From contig NC_092677.1 of NCBI RefSeq assembly GCF_964355755.1, forward strand, positions 5,230,101-5,294,100: DNA of 64,000 nt, read 5' to 3'. Under the pieces are notes generated by a model. That model saw nothing but the letters and a program-made list of their open reading frames with translations. It ran no database searches and had not been told where the DNA came from. Position numbers and translations under genes: made by a program. Source of the DNA: Antedon mediterranea (taxonomy: Eukaryota; Animalia; Echinodermata). Below are positions 14,413 through 27,730 of this stretch, piece by piece. The stretch's first letter is position 1; every line of letters begins with the position of its first letter.

Positions 14413-16715
14413 TTATGAATTAAGCTAATTTACATTGCTACACTCGGTTGATGGTTTAATAATTCTGATGTTTTATATATAATAATATGTTGCGCTTGTT
14501 ATTTTTACTTTCACTTTTTCTATGTTTTTGCTTATACAATTTTAAAACACCAACTCAGTTGGAAATTGGCTGAATCATTTGGCAGAATACATAAGAATCG
14601 CAACATAAATTTTAAAAGATAAATTTACAGTTACATTACCTTTACAAAACCTTTATACACAATAAATTTGAATAAACATAATAATACCTTGATTTGGACA
14701 GTAAAATAAAATATTTTAAAGTAAAAGATTAAACAAAAAATTATTGTGTATGCAAAATACCAATTGTACGTGGTTCAGTGCAACAGAATAGCATATAAGA
14801 TGATAGAAAATGTTTCACATTAAACACACCAATTAATATCTTGGATAGTATTAGATATTTATAGAATATCCCACATTACTATACGTCTTTTGCATTTTAG
14901 CCCAAATTTAACAAGAGCCAAATTGGTTTCTTTTATAGTTTTATAGCGCTGAATCTTCTAAGTATCGTTTTATTAAATCTATTAGTAAATAAGGTAGGAT
15001 ATACTAATAGACCATACAATCTGTATAATAAAGTTGCTTAGGTGATTGAATCAGGAATACTAATTAAATACTCGGACGTTTATAAAATAATATAGTTGTT
15101 AAAAGTCATAAAAAATATATGGGTGCATACTATGACATTTCTGATAGTACTGTTATTTTAGACTTTAGATCTACTACTTTTAAAACATTGCAACAAATTT
15201 AATTCTAAATAATACTAGTTTTGAAGTTTTACTGTTATTTTAGAAAAATTAGATATAATATTTTTAAAAGATTTTACCAAAAACTGGATAGAAAAAAAGT
15301 ACTTAAATGAAAAAATGTAATTTAACACAAAAAATACTTAAATGACTGCCGGACAGTGGTATTTTTGTGTGTTTTTATATAAAGTGAAATAATTATTTTT
15401 TTAGAGTTTCCTCTGCTTGTCATACGCATTAACTGTATGTATTTAAAACAATCTTTCAAGTTCTTTATTATTGCAGTAATATAGACATTGTTTTATTTGA
15501 AATCAGCAATGTATAAAACATTTAAATCAATATACTATTGTAAAATTAGCAAACTATGATGTTATCGTTGTTTATAGTATTTAATAATATGTATAAAATT
15601 AAATGTGTTTCCTGCCTGCAAGTGGTGGATGGTAAATCATGTCCACAGTGGTTACAAACTGCAGGTAAATATAATATGTAAGGCCTATATACAGTAGTAG
15701 GATATATGGTGGATAATTTTTTCTATAGCATGATAAAAATAAAACTCTGAAGTCGAATAAAAATACTACAAACGTAAAATTCAAGTTTATTACCTATATT
15801 ATAGTCATCTGATAACATTATTTACCACACTGTTTATTTTTCATAGTTTTTTAAAAATGGCTCTCAATACAACTTTTTTGTGTACAAAAGAATAGAGATT
15901 TACTGTGTAATTTGAACTATCCCCCACTGATAAGAAAGTGCTTATTTTCAAAACGCTCGTGTAACACAAATAAAATCCCAAACATTATGAAACATAGGGG
16001 AAACTATAGATCAATATTTATTGGAATGTATGATCAATAGAAATGTTTTGCCCGCACCTGACCTTTACCATATCGTATCAAAGCAGGGAGTTGTAACTCC
16101 CTGATCAAAGTATCTTCGATAATGGTACACACTATTAACGAAACTTAACTATTGCTATTGTATTGTTTGCATAATATTATTGTTTTCGTGTGACTCTCGT
16201 AAACAGTAAAAACTTTCTATTAGTTTACAGGTTTCTACAATTTTCTCTACCGATTTGCAAACATCTTTATTTGGAAATAAGAAATATTTCCTCTACGATT
16301 ATTACATGATATATGTAATGTAATTGGCAGATCTAAAAACATTTCTCTGCATGTAAATCATCTATAGGCCTACCTAATTACTATGGCCAATTGATGTTTT
16401 CAACTGCTTTCGTTTTACTAGACCTATTTGATTTATCTTGTTGTCTTGCATAATGGATAACTTCACTAAGCATTGTACTACAATTAAACTTTTTGGACAC
16501 CTCGTAATATAGACATTCTTCAAAGGGCACGTTAGTTCTTCCTATCTAATCAGTGCATTTGGTATCGCCGTGACCTCTCGTAAGCGGACATCTGCCAAAG
16601 CCTTTTAACTGCCATTTCCCTTTACTGTACAATTACATTTTTTGTTTGATTTACCTCACGTTGGCGGAAACATGGAAATATGTTCAACTGCTCGATGCAT
16701 ATCTGTTGACCATGA

Positions 16716-19700
16716 CTATATGCCTATCTGTTTACAATAATGCGATTCTGCAACTTTTCCTTTATTGGACGTACTACTAACACCATAATGAGGCTCTTCG
16801 TAAAAGCCTACACTATTTGACGAAATCAGTCCTTGGTACTGGTGGTTTTGGGGTTCCATTTTAATTTCTTCTCTTGTTTCCTGACGAAACAATAATAATA
16901 TGTATCATTGTTTATGAGCAAACTTTCTTTTTTCGATCACTTGATGAAATATTAAATTTAGGTATTCATACCTTAATTAGCCACTAGACTTCGGTTACCG
17001 GGCCTAAATAATTACCTCTCTATTGTGCATAGCTTTATTGTTATTACCAAAAACATCAATATTATTAGTCAAGTAAGTACAGTGCTGAAACCTCAACACA
17101 TTGAATACGGAATGAATTAGAAATGATTCTCATTATCATGTCTTATCATCGCTTCACTAAACAGCTATATTCCTTTGGTACTGAACATTTTGGCATTCAA
17201 TTTATAAGGCTGTATTAAAAGGAGTTAAAGCTAAAATTGGGCGTTGATGAATGTCTTTTGGTAACATGGACTTTCAATTATTTTGTTTAAAATATTTACC
17301 TCTACTTTTGCAATGCATTTTAATGTATTAAACGTAGGCTTGACATATCCGTCGTCACCATCAGAGCTTCCTGAAACTTGCAGATCTTGGTACTGATGAT
17401 CTTGACGTTCGATTTTGTTTACTTCTCTCTGTACAATAATTTATGATTGACAGTTTTTATTATTATAATTTGATTTATCCGGTACTCTCTAGTAAATACC
17501 GAAACCATTTTAAACAAGCTAACGAAACCGTTCAATATAGGCCTACACATCTACTATAGCAACTGTTTATGTTATTCCATGTTGCAACTATGGCGAATTA
17601 GGTTAAACTTTTCCATGCTACAATTATTTGAATTAGTTTACAATTGTATAACAGAATATTTATTATTTTGAGTTGTATTATTAATCCGTGGCCATATAAT
17701 GTTGTTGAGAAAGTGTACCTGTATTTTTGGCCTGTATCTTGCTTCATTTGAAGCCAGATAACCCTCTTTGTAATCTCCAGCTTTTGAAGGAAATTGCAAT
17801 CCTTGATGGGGAATGTGAAATGTAAAATTGTTTTCTTTTATTCTTCTTACCTTAAAAAACAATAACGGAAAACATATCATATATGAAACGTTTATTTGTA
17901 CTTCGAATATTTCATAATTATATCCAATAAAGTCATATACGAATTAAAAGTACTTACATATATATAACGGGCTATTATAAACGTCAAGACGGAGCCGAGA
18001 ATAAGTGATAATGTTATCACTGTACCTTTAGGATATGACGGACCTATAGAAATATCAGTGTAAATAATATTGAGATAGGCCTATACATCTTTTTTTAGAA
18101 AAATCTACAAAGAAAATGTTTGCTTGACTGCTGGATAAATGGGTGCACTGTCGTGTTGTATTCATTTGTGTAAACCCGCATTGCTATTGTTATTGCAAGT
18201 GGGAGATCATGTGCTTTTCAACATTAATTTGTATTCCTTTTTTTCACCTCAGTTTTAGGTCTCTGTATAATATACAGGGTTTTAATATATAGCGATTGCA
18301 TAATATTGAAATTAATAATGTTGCCTTATGAGAAACATAAGTCATCAAAATATATTATTATAATTATTGGGCGTAACATTTTTATACAGCATGTTCGATA
18401 GGTTATCTAAGCTATCTACAAAGGTTTAACAATAACAGAATGTTTTCATGGTCAGAAAATAACAATTATTATTAAAATAGGGTATACTGAAAAAAGACTA
18501 GGAGCTGGCCTACCTGCGTTACAGTTCTGCAGCGGGACTGTATTGTTGCACTTTTCATTCTCAGCATAACACGTAAGACTTGACTGGCATATCTTGTTGT
18601 TAGTCTCTAAAGTAACTGAATTGTAACCTTCTTCAATCACTTCTTCATCTTGCAATATCAATACTGATGATAGTTTGGGATAACCCTCTGCAGTACAGGT
18701 TGCAAAACCATGTTTAGGTTTGAATGTTACAATGATGTCTATATAAGAAAGTGCAATAGAAGCTACATTATTTACAGTAATTTTGGAAGACTTTATGCAT
18801 TTTGGGATTGAAAACAAGTTCAGTATGTTTTTGTATTTATTACAAGACTGCTTATTTAAACCACAAAACACCAATCAATATATATCAATATTTTCCTCGA
18901 CGATTTTGAAAGAAATTCATTGAATCCTCATCAAATGGAAACACATGTTTAAAAATGAAATTACTAAAAGTTGCAAAATTTTAAATACGATATATATTCA
19001 GTTGTCTTCCTTCACTTGTTTTAGCATCCTCTCCTTTAAACTGATCACTTTCTGCTTTACATGTATATCTCCCACCATCTTCTTCAGTAGCTGATTTAAT
19101 CTTAAGAACTGACTCTGTACTGTTATTTGCAATCTTATATCTAGAAGGGTTGATATCTATTTTGCGCCCATCTTTATACCATGTTATGTAAGGAATAGGG
19201 TCTCCGCCAGGTTTGCTGCATGTAAATGTTACCGTTTCACCTTTGAATGTAGTGCTTGCTGAAGCTCCGAGAAGAGGTTGATCCAAGTCTGGGAAAACAT
19301 AAGAGAATAAAATATCAAAATAGTGCAGTATATCAAAGCTAATAGACAATGACTTGGGGGCACCTCTATACTAAAGGAGAGAAATACACAAAATAGAAAA
19401 TAATTACTGTATAGGCCTATTAATGTCAGATCATGTGTACTATATTATATTATTTTTTATATATTATTTTAATGTTAATAGCGTACTTTCCATAATTTTT
19501 ACAAATTCGTATTTCATTATTGAAATCGACAACAAACTTTAAATGTAAATATATAAAAATAATAACTCTACCATGGTTGTACACAAGCAGTACTTGAATG
19601 GTCCCTTTAGAATCCCATTAAACAATGTTTTACATAGACAGGGAAATATTGTTAATTTCTAAATGAACGTGTAGGTGGTAGCTACAACAAGTCTATTGTA

Positions 19701-20716
19701 AATTCACTCAATTGAGTCACGGTGATATTGGATAATGGTCATTCATAACTTTTGTTTATGAAGTACTGTATACTCTAACGAAACGTTTTAGATTGTCAGG
19801 ACAATCGCCAAAACAAACAATGGATAGAATTCATCGCGGGAATGGACTGTGAAGAACAGGCCAAGCAAGATAAAAAACAGATGGAAGGATGATGAGCATT
19901 TTCTGGAATGTTCTGGATGAGAGCTACTGCACAGGACAGGGAGGAGTTCCAATGCTGGAAATGTATTGAAATGATGATGTCAAAAGTCTAGGTTACTTAC
20001 AATAAACAGTAAGAGTAGATGGATCTGATAATTTAACAGCTCCATTTGCCTGTTGTATCTGACATTGATAACATCTTTGAGAATCATTTCTCAATGGCTT
20101 TACCATTACCAGGTCAGCTCTCCCATGCGTTATCTTCAACCTGAAACGGCCGTTTTCTTTCTTTTTATAATTCACAAAACCAATTTCAATAACCACTCCA
20201 TCTTCATTTAGTTCATTCCATTGTACTGCATTAGGTGTTGTAGAAGTAAATTGTGAATAATCACAAGTTATCACCACTTCAGCATCACCTTCTTTAGCTA
20301 TCTGGTGAGATGATGAAGTTTCTGTAAATTAAACGTGCTTGGGTTTAACTCTTTTTTTTAAAATAATAACTTTATACTTGAAAGGCAAACGTGAAACCTT
20401 TACTTATTATCACCCGATGCCAATCCGCAGCAGTTTTCAGATACAAAACGTAATGACGTCATGAATCTGCATCCTAAAAACCACTAAAAACATTATAGGA
20501 CTCGACGCTTGGCAGCACATTGATAAATATGTGCCTTGATACAATACATCCATACATTTTAGTACATTAATAAAATTAAACAAAAGTAGGCCCTATACAC
20601 TGTAGGCAAAAGCTGACAGAATGTATTTACTCAGATAATGAATTTTAAATAAAGTTGCGCTTACCGACAAGACAATGTACAACAAATAGTAGGCCTAGTA
20701 CCAAGTGTAAAGCCAT
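16716..20716 (-). CDS. Gene A: type-I membrane Ig receptor (signal-V-I-short Ig-TM-Tyr-motif tail). Exons 20716-20665, 20321-20001, 19288-18989, 18738-18514, 18043-17958, 17850-17719, 17428-17300, 16880-16716
   Basis: Signal MALHLVLGLLFVVHCLV. TM exon GTVITLSLILGSVLTFIIARYIY. Three phase-0 cytoplasmic exons (44, 43, 54 aa) with YQDL, YVKP, YQGL and YEEP. All splice phases are consistent, and the last exon is paralogous to the last exon of gene B. Confidence 0.8.
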
Positions 20717-22028
20717 TAATCTGAAAGACTTAAAGGGTATTAAGTCAATTATTATCTTTATCTAGCTACTGTGATACTTTCTGTAGTCATTATGGAATAA
20801 ATACTTTCATAGCAACAATAACATTAGTTGTACGGTGTTTGTTTCGTTTTCGATTGAATTTGGTATCAAATAATAATAATTGTCGTTTTGGTATAGTGTG
20901 ATATTAGGCCTATCTAAAAGAAATTGAAATGAGAAAATCACATTTGATCATTTTTATTTTTATACTGAGAATTAATTAATACAGCTAAACCATGAATTTA
21001 TCAATGGGTGAATGAATAATATTAGAGATACAGTACACTAGATTACTATTTATTTTGGCATTTGTGGCGCAGCATATACGTCCCTGGGCATTGTGACGTA
21101 ATGTTAAAGAGGCCCCTAGGAGGAGTTGAGCTGCTCTCTTCGCACATGGATTAAAGAATAGAAGGATATGCATCGACGGTGACATCAAACGATTTTACAA
21201 CGCGCTTTCCTATACTAAAGCACTGCTGCCAATCAAACAAACACGCTCATTGAACTCCGTGTCTCTAACCGCGGCCCTCTCTAAAACGCTGCGAATCAAC
21301 TGTTACATTTTTTTAGACCAAAACGTAACCATGTAGAAATCGTATGCGCAGTCTGAATGTTCTATTGACATGTCTACGTCGATGATTAATTGACAACAAA
21401 AATATATTGCTGAATAATTCTGTTTTAGTTTAATCACAATCGGACTATGAAAAGTTCACTTTCTTACGACTGGTAATTTTAAGTAGTTGGTAATATTAAT
21501 AAAATATGCAATTTTTATATTTGAATTATCATTATTTGCCTGCCATCTTCTGTCATTAAAAATTGCGTTAATCTATAGAATATTAAATTATGCACTTGAC
21601 CATGTATGTTGTTAGCGTGGCCGGTTTTCACCCATACAACAATCGTGTTTTTAATATATGGCTAAGCAGTGGTTTCTTCATAAATCTCCTTAATTATCGA
21701 TGTGATTATATTTAAATTGTAGTGCCTGGTGATTGGCTAGTGGTTATGTCATCCACATCACATCCAATCACCGGGTCTAATTGAATGAAAACAGCGATCC
21801 CTGATCCGGGATTGGCTGGCTATGTATAGTTGCGATTCGTTACCTAGCGGTCGTTTTGAAAAGTACACGCAGGGCAAACTAATCACGAACAAACGAAGTA
21901 CCTATTATTATTCACACAAGAAGTAAGACAACGGTGAGTATATAGATCATGATTACACGTATGGAACGCCTCCTCTGCCTTCAGTTCACAATGGTCATGC
22001 AGTACACACCAATCGTCATGCAGTACAC

Positions 22029-23188
22029 TATGGAACGCCTCCTCTGCCTTCAGTTCACATTTATCATGCAGTACACACCAATCGTCATGCAGTACACACC
22101 AATCGTCATGCAGTACACACCAATGGTCATGCAGTACACACCAATCGTCATGCAGTACACACCAATCGTCATGCAGTACACACCAAACATCATGCAGTAC
22201 ACACCAATCGTCATGCAGTACACACCAATCGTCATGCAGTACACACCAATCGTCATGCAGTACACACCAATGGTCATGCAGTACACACCAATTGTCATGC
22301 AGTACACACCAATCGTCGTTCACATTTATCATGCAGTACACACCAATCGTCATGCAGTACACACCAATCGTCATGCAGTACACACCAATCATCATGCAGT
22401 ACACACCAATTGTCATGCAGTACACACCAATCGTCATGCAGTACACACCAATCGTCATGCAGTCAAATATTGCGTAATTTATACCGCCACCTATCGACAA
22501 AATCGAATATCACGTGAGGTTTATTAGACGGCTGTAAAACTAAGACTATTTAAACTTCTTTTATGGAATTCAATAATTGCAATGGCCTCCTAGCCGCGCC
22601 TGTGTCTCGCATAATAAATTATTGTATATATAAAAAACAGAGCATTCACAGAGATGTGTAGCGGTTAAAATAAGTACAGTATGTCAAACATAAAAGAAAT
22701 CTTAGAGTCGATGGCCTAGTTTTACAGCCGTCTAATAAAGGTCACGTGATATTCGATTTTGTCGATAGGTGGCGGTATAAATTAGGCAATATTTCACTGC
22801 ATGACGATTGGTGTGTACTGCATGACAATTGATGTGTACTGCATGACCATTGGTGTGTACTGCATGATGTTTGGTGTGTACTGCATGACGATTGGTGTGT
22901 ACTGCATGATGTTTGGTGTGTACTGCATGACGATTGATGTGTACTGCATGACCATTGGTGTGTACTGCATGACGATTGGTGTGTACTGCATGACGATTGG
23001 TGTGTACTGCATGACCATTGGTGTGTACTGCATGATAAATGTGAACGACGATTGGTGTGTACTGCATGACCATTGGTGTGTACTGCATGACCATTGGTGT
23101 GTACTGCATGATCATTGGTGTGTACTGCATGACGACTGGTGTGTACTGCATGACCATTGTGAACTGAAGGCAGAGGAGGCGTTCCATA
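22029..23188. mobile_element. Foldback-type non-autonomous element, copy 1 (about 0.5-kb minisatellite-containing TIRs), preceded by a 69-bp arm fragment at 21960-22028
   Basis: Ends TATGGAACGCCTCCTCTGCCTTCAGTTCAC and its reverse complement, with a unique core of about 175 bp. No TSD found for this copy. Confidence 0.75.
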
Positions 23189-23210
23189 AAGGCCTACCTA
23201 GGCAGTATCA

Positions 23211-24307
23211 TATGGAACGCCTCCTCTGCCTTCAGTTCACAATGGTCATGCAGTACACACCAATCGTCATGCAGTACACACCAATGGTCATGCAGTACAC
23301 ACCAATGGTCATGCAGTACACACCAATCGTCGTTCACATTTATCATGCAGTACACACCAATGGTCATGCAGTACACACCAATGGTCATGCAGTACACACC
23401 AATAATCATGCAGTACACACCAAACATCATGCAGTACACACCAATCGTCATGCAGTACACACCAAACATCATGCAGTACACACCAATGGTCATGCAGTAC
23501 ACACCAATTGTCATGCAGTACACACCAATCGTCATGCAGTACACACCAATCGTCATGCAGTGAAATATTGCGTAATTTATACCGCCACCTATCGACAAAA
23601 TCGAATATCACGTGACGTTTATTAGACGGCTGTAAAACTAGGCCATCGTCTCTAAGATTTCTTTTATGTTTGACATACTGTACTTATTTTAACCGCTACA
23701 CATCTCTGTGAATGCTCTGTTTTTTATATATACAATAATTTATTATGCGAGACACAGGCGCGGCTAGGAGGTCATTGCAATTATTGAATTCCATAAAAGA
23801 AGTTTAAATAGTCTTAGTTTTACAGCCGTCTAATAAACCTCACGTGATATTCGATTTTGTCGATAGGTGGCGGTATAAATTACGCAATATTTGACTGCAT
23901 GACGATTGGTGTGTACTGCATGACGATTGGTGTGTACTGCATGACAATTGGTGTGTACTGCATAATGTTTGGTGTGTACTGCATGACGATTGGTGTGTAC
24001 TGCATGACGATTGGTGTGTACTGCATGATAAATGTGAACGACGATTGGTGTGTACTGCATGACAATTGGTGTGTACTGCATGACCATTGGTGTGTACTGC
24101 ATGACGATTGGTGTGTACTGCATGACGATTGGTGTGTACTGCATGATGTTTGGTGTGTACTGCATGACGATTGGTGTGTACTGCATGACGATTGGTGTGT
24201 ACTGCATGACCATTGGTGTGTACTGCATGACGATTGGTGTGTACTGCATGACGATTGGTGTGTACTGCATAATAAATGTGAACTGAAGGCAGAGGAGGCG
24301 TTCCATA
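23211..24307. mobile_element. Foldback-type non-autonomous element, copy 2 (inverted relative to copy 1), IS3EU-like
   Basis: Same TIRs. Core is the reverse complement of the copy 1 core. 6-bp TSD GTATCA (23205-23210 and 24308-24313). TAT..ATA termini with a 6-bp TSD match my recollection of the IS3EU superfamily. Confidence 0.7.
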
Positions 24308-24662
24308 GTATCAATGTCGGCAAATCATATGGTTTACTAGTAAGCCTAGAAGGCATAGGCCTAGTATCCTTGCTGATTTTGTAATTTTACATGTATGTAG
24401 GCTGAGACAATAAATAAATAGTTATTGTCTCAGATGTAGGGCTACTACAGGTCATAAAATGCTACTTTAATGTCATAAAAACATTAGCGTAGATCAATCG
24501 CGGCAGAAACATATACTAATTACAATTATAGCATCTACAATTCTAAGCCAATAACAATATAGTATTGTTTTTATTTGGTATATTGATGAAGTAGGCCTAC
24601 ACTAGGGTCTTCACAATAACATACAATGTAATTTAACAACTGTTTTCAATAAACATTATACT

Positions 24663-24845
24663 CAGTGGCGTGAGGCACAGGCCTGAAGCCACTTGTTTGT
24701 TTAGGAAACCTAAGTGGCCCTCCAAGTTTCAAAGATCGAGGCCTCGGACGTTTTTAGCATTTTCCACATATTTTATGCCTGTTCCTCTGGGCCCCAAGCT
24801 TCGGTTTAGCCAGTGAGCGCACATAGCCGTTACGCCGCGCCACTG
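24663..24845. mobile_element. hAT-type MITE
   Basis: CAGTGGCG...CGCCACTG termini with a perfect 8-bp TSD ATTATACT (24655-24662 and 24846-24853). Confidence 0.8.
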
Positions 24846-25120
24846 ATTATACTGTTCAAATATGTATGAATACATACAGTGCAACAAAGAACGCGCGAAA
24901 GAAGCGTAGTCAACAAGGTTAAATGTCGTTGCACATGTGCAGTAAACAATATATTAGGCACGCGACCGTTTCGTTGTTACCATGCAGTTAATTAAACTGT
25001 AACATTTTGGGCGGTCCGCGGTCTGTCGGCGAGAGTCAAGGAACCCTTGATCTCACGTCGATGCATATCCTTCTATTCTTTAATCCATGCTTCGCACCAC
25101 CGCCAGAGTCGAGGCAAAGA

Positions 25121-27730
25121 TTGTTTACTTGTTTACTTGTTTACTTGTTTACTTGTTTCCGGAGCTCAGCAATGCTGGTCCGGAGTCGAGGCTAGGCTAT
25201 GCCTATAAGCCCCTCTTGATAATTACATCAACTCTTGAATATGGCGCAAATTTAAGAGGGTGGTTGGACCATGCCCGTTCAAGACCGGACTTAAATTGAT
25301 TGGTTGATCTTGAAGCTACTACATCCTCCGATAACGAATTCCATAATATAATAGCTTTTCGACCAAATGAGTCCCTCATCCAATTTGTGCGTGAGAACTT
25401 AAATTTTAATTTAAAAGAATGACCACGTGTTCTAACATCTTCATCACGCTCAAAAAAAGAATCAGCAGAAATACTATCCACTCCATGTAAAATTTTCAAA
25501 ATCTGTATCAAATGAGCTCTTTGCCTTCTGTATGCGAGAGTAGGTAGGTTGAGAATTTTCAGCCTTTCTGAATAAGGTAAATGACGAATGGAAAAAATAA
25601 GCTTGGTGGCACGTTCTTGGACTTTTTCCAATAGGTCTTCCTCCTTACAATGTAGCGAGTTAAAAACAACGTTGCAGTATTCCAAGGTCGGACGAATAAT
25701 AGCTTTATATAAACGAAGAAACCCATCCATATTTAAAAACTTGAAAGCTCGATATACCATGCCCAACTTCCGATTTGCTCTCATTGCTACATCTGCCACA
25801 TGTACATTAAAAACAAGTTTAGAGTCAATAGTAACACCGAGGTCTTTTTCATGATCAACTTCATTCAATAAGAAACCACGCATGGCATACAGATGTTTGT
25901 TGTTTTTCTTCCCAAAGTGCATTACTTTGCACTTACCCTCGTTAAAAGGTAATTGCCATTTGTCAGACCAGTCACATGCTTTCTCTAAATCTTCTTGTAG
26001 AACTTGAGCATCATTCACAGTGTTAACTACTCTATACAATTTAGTATCATCTGCAAACATGCGTACAGAGGAGGAAATAACAGAAGGTAAATCATTTATA
26101 AACATAATGAAAAGAACAGGTCCAACGACGCTTCCACTACGAACATCAGCCCAATCTGAAACACATCCATTGACACTAACCCGTTGTTGTCTATCGTTAA
26201 GAAATACTTGAAACCAGTTTAGAAGTTTACCTCTAATACCCAATGCACTCATTTTCAGAAGGAGTCTATGATGAGGCACACTATCGAAAGCCTTCTTGTA
26301 GTCAAGGTAGATACAATCAAAACAATCCTGATTATCAAAATAAGAAAACCAGTTTTCAAGAACATCAAGTAATTGTAAAGCACAGGAACGACCTTGCCGG
26401 AAACCAAATTGCTCATAACAAATAAGTGAGTGATGTTCAAGAAAGTCCAATAATTCCTTCCTGATAATTCTCTCCATAATTTTACCAACTACCGAAGTTA
26501 AACTCACAGGTCTATAGTTGCTTGGGTCAGACTTCACTCCTTTTTTAAAAATCGGTACCACTGTAGCCCGTTTCCAACTATTAGGGACGGCTCCTTCTTG
26601 AAACAATTTCGTAAAAATAATATGGAGGGGATAGCAAATGATATCCTTTAGTTCGACTAAGATGCGTGGGTGAATACCATCAGGTCCAGCTGTTTTAGTA
26701 ATATTCAACGTTGATAAAATATTTAAGATTTCGTCACAAGGAAAGTCAACTTGAGATAAAAAATCCTCTGAAATGTCATCAATAGCCGGTACATTCGAAA
26801 AATTTTCATCGACAAATACACTACTAAAAAACGTGTTTAGCAACTCAGCCTTATCCTTGTCATCAGACACATGCCTTCCATTACTATCAGTTAAGTTGGG
26901 TATACCAGACTTTATATTGATCTGAGAACTGAGATACCTCCAAAAAGACTTTTCATTAGATTTGATCTCAATTGCTATTTTATTTTCGAAGTCAGATTTA
27001 CTACATCGAATCAGATCTACTGTTTGATTTCTTACTTGGACAAACTTCGACCATTTTGCTGACACACATACTTTTTGTTTTCTCTTGGCCTTTACATACT
27101 GTTTCCAACATTTATTCTTTTTGGCAATCTGCTTTTCAATTTTTTTGTTCATCCAAAGAGGTTTTCTTCCGTGGCAAACCTTCCTCATCGGGATACACTC
27201 ATCAATATTCTTCGCAAGAATATGCTCGAATTCGTCCCACGATTGAATACCTGATTTGTCATTGAAAACCACATCCCAATCTACCAAACCAATTTTCTCG
27301 CGCAGCAAATCATAGTTACCATGCCTGTAACTTCGAATATTTGGTTCAATTCTGTCATCTCTTACAAGATCCAATGAAAATTGTAACACCATATGGTCGC
27401 TTTTACCCAGTGGTGGAGACTGCATAATGCCATTTATAGTATTCTCTTTGTCTGTAAAAACCAGATCCAAAACATTGGGTGTTTCGCCTTCTCTGTATCT
27501 AGAGGTTCCATAACGTGTTGAATTAAAAATAGATCGTTGATGGTGTCAAAGAAACTTCTGCTGGAATCTCCATCTTCCGAAGACACACAATTTAATTCCC
27601 AGTTAATACTTTTATAGTTAAAATCGCCGACAACGATTAAATCAGAAAAAGATGATTTATATACTTCACGGAACAATGAGTTCAGCTTGATATTATTATC
27701 CATACTACAAGTCGGGCTACGGTAAACGCC
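25121..27730 (-). mobile_element. 5'-truncated CR1 LINE with ORF2 (partial APE endonuclease + RT), frameshifted near 27470-27500
   Basis: GVYRSP, VVGDFN, LGKSDH, PSNYRPVSLTS, YLDYKKAFDSVPH, MFADDTK, LEKVQERATK. (GTAAACAA)n 3' tail at 25121-25158. Confidence 0.9.

Larger units (their letters stand above)
21960..24307. repeat. 21-bp minisatellite (CATGCAGTACACACCAATCGT consensus) in four blocks of alternating orientation
   Basis: Directly visible tandem units. They generate the spurious MQYTPIV/HDDWCVL ORFs. Confidence 0.95.
21145..25089. mobile_element. Non-autonomous DNA transposon, P-superfamily-like, containing nested elements
   Basis: TIR CATGGATTAAAGAATAGAAGGATATGCATCGAC at 21145 and its reverse complement ending at 25089. 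Perfect 7-bp TSD CTTCGCA (21138-21144 and 25090-25096). CA..TG ends with a 7-8 bp TSD are typical of P/Galileo. Confidence 0.75.

Noticed and set aside
14413-16700. Short AT-rich ORFs here and in introns throughout the window
   Set aside because: No recognisable motifs, splice context or paralogous conservation. Expected by chance.
21883-24384. Many overlapping ORFs (MQYTPIV, HDDWCVL, HAVHTNR repeats) and a superficially CRISPR-like array
   Set aside because: They are translations of a 21-bp tandem repeat. There are no unique spacers or cas genes, the context is eukaryotic, and the repeat lies inside TIR arms.
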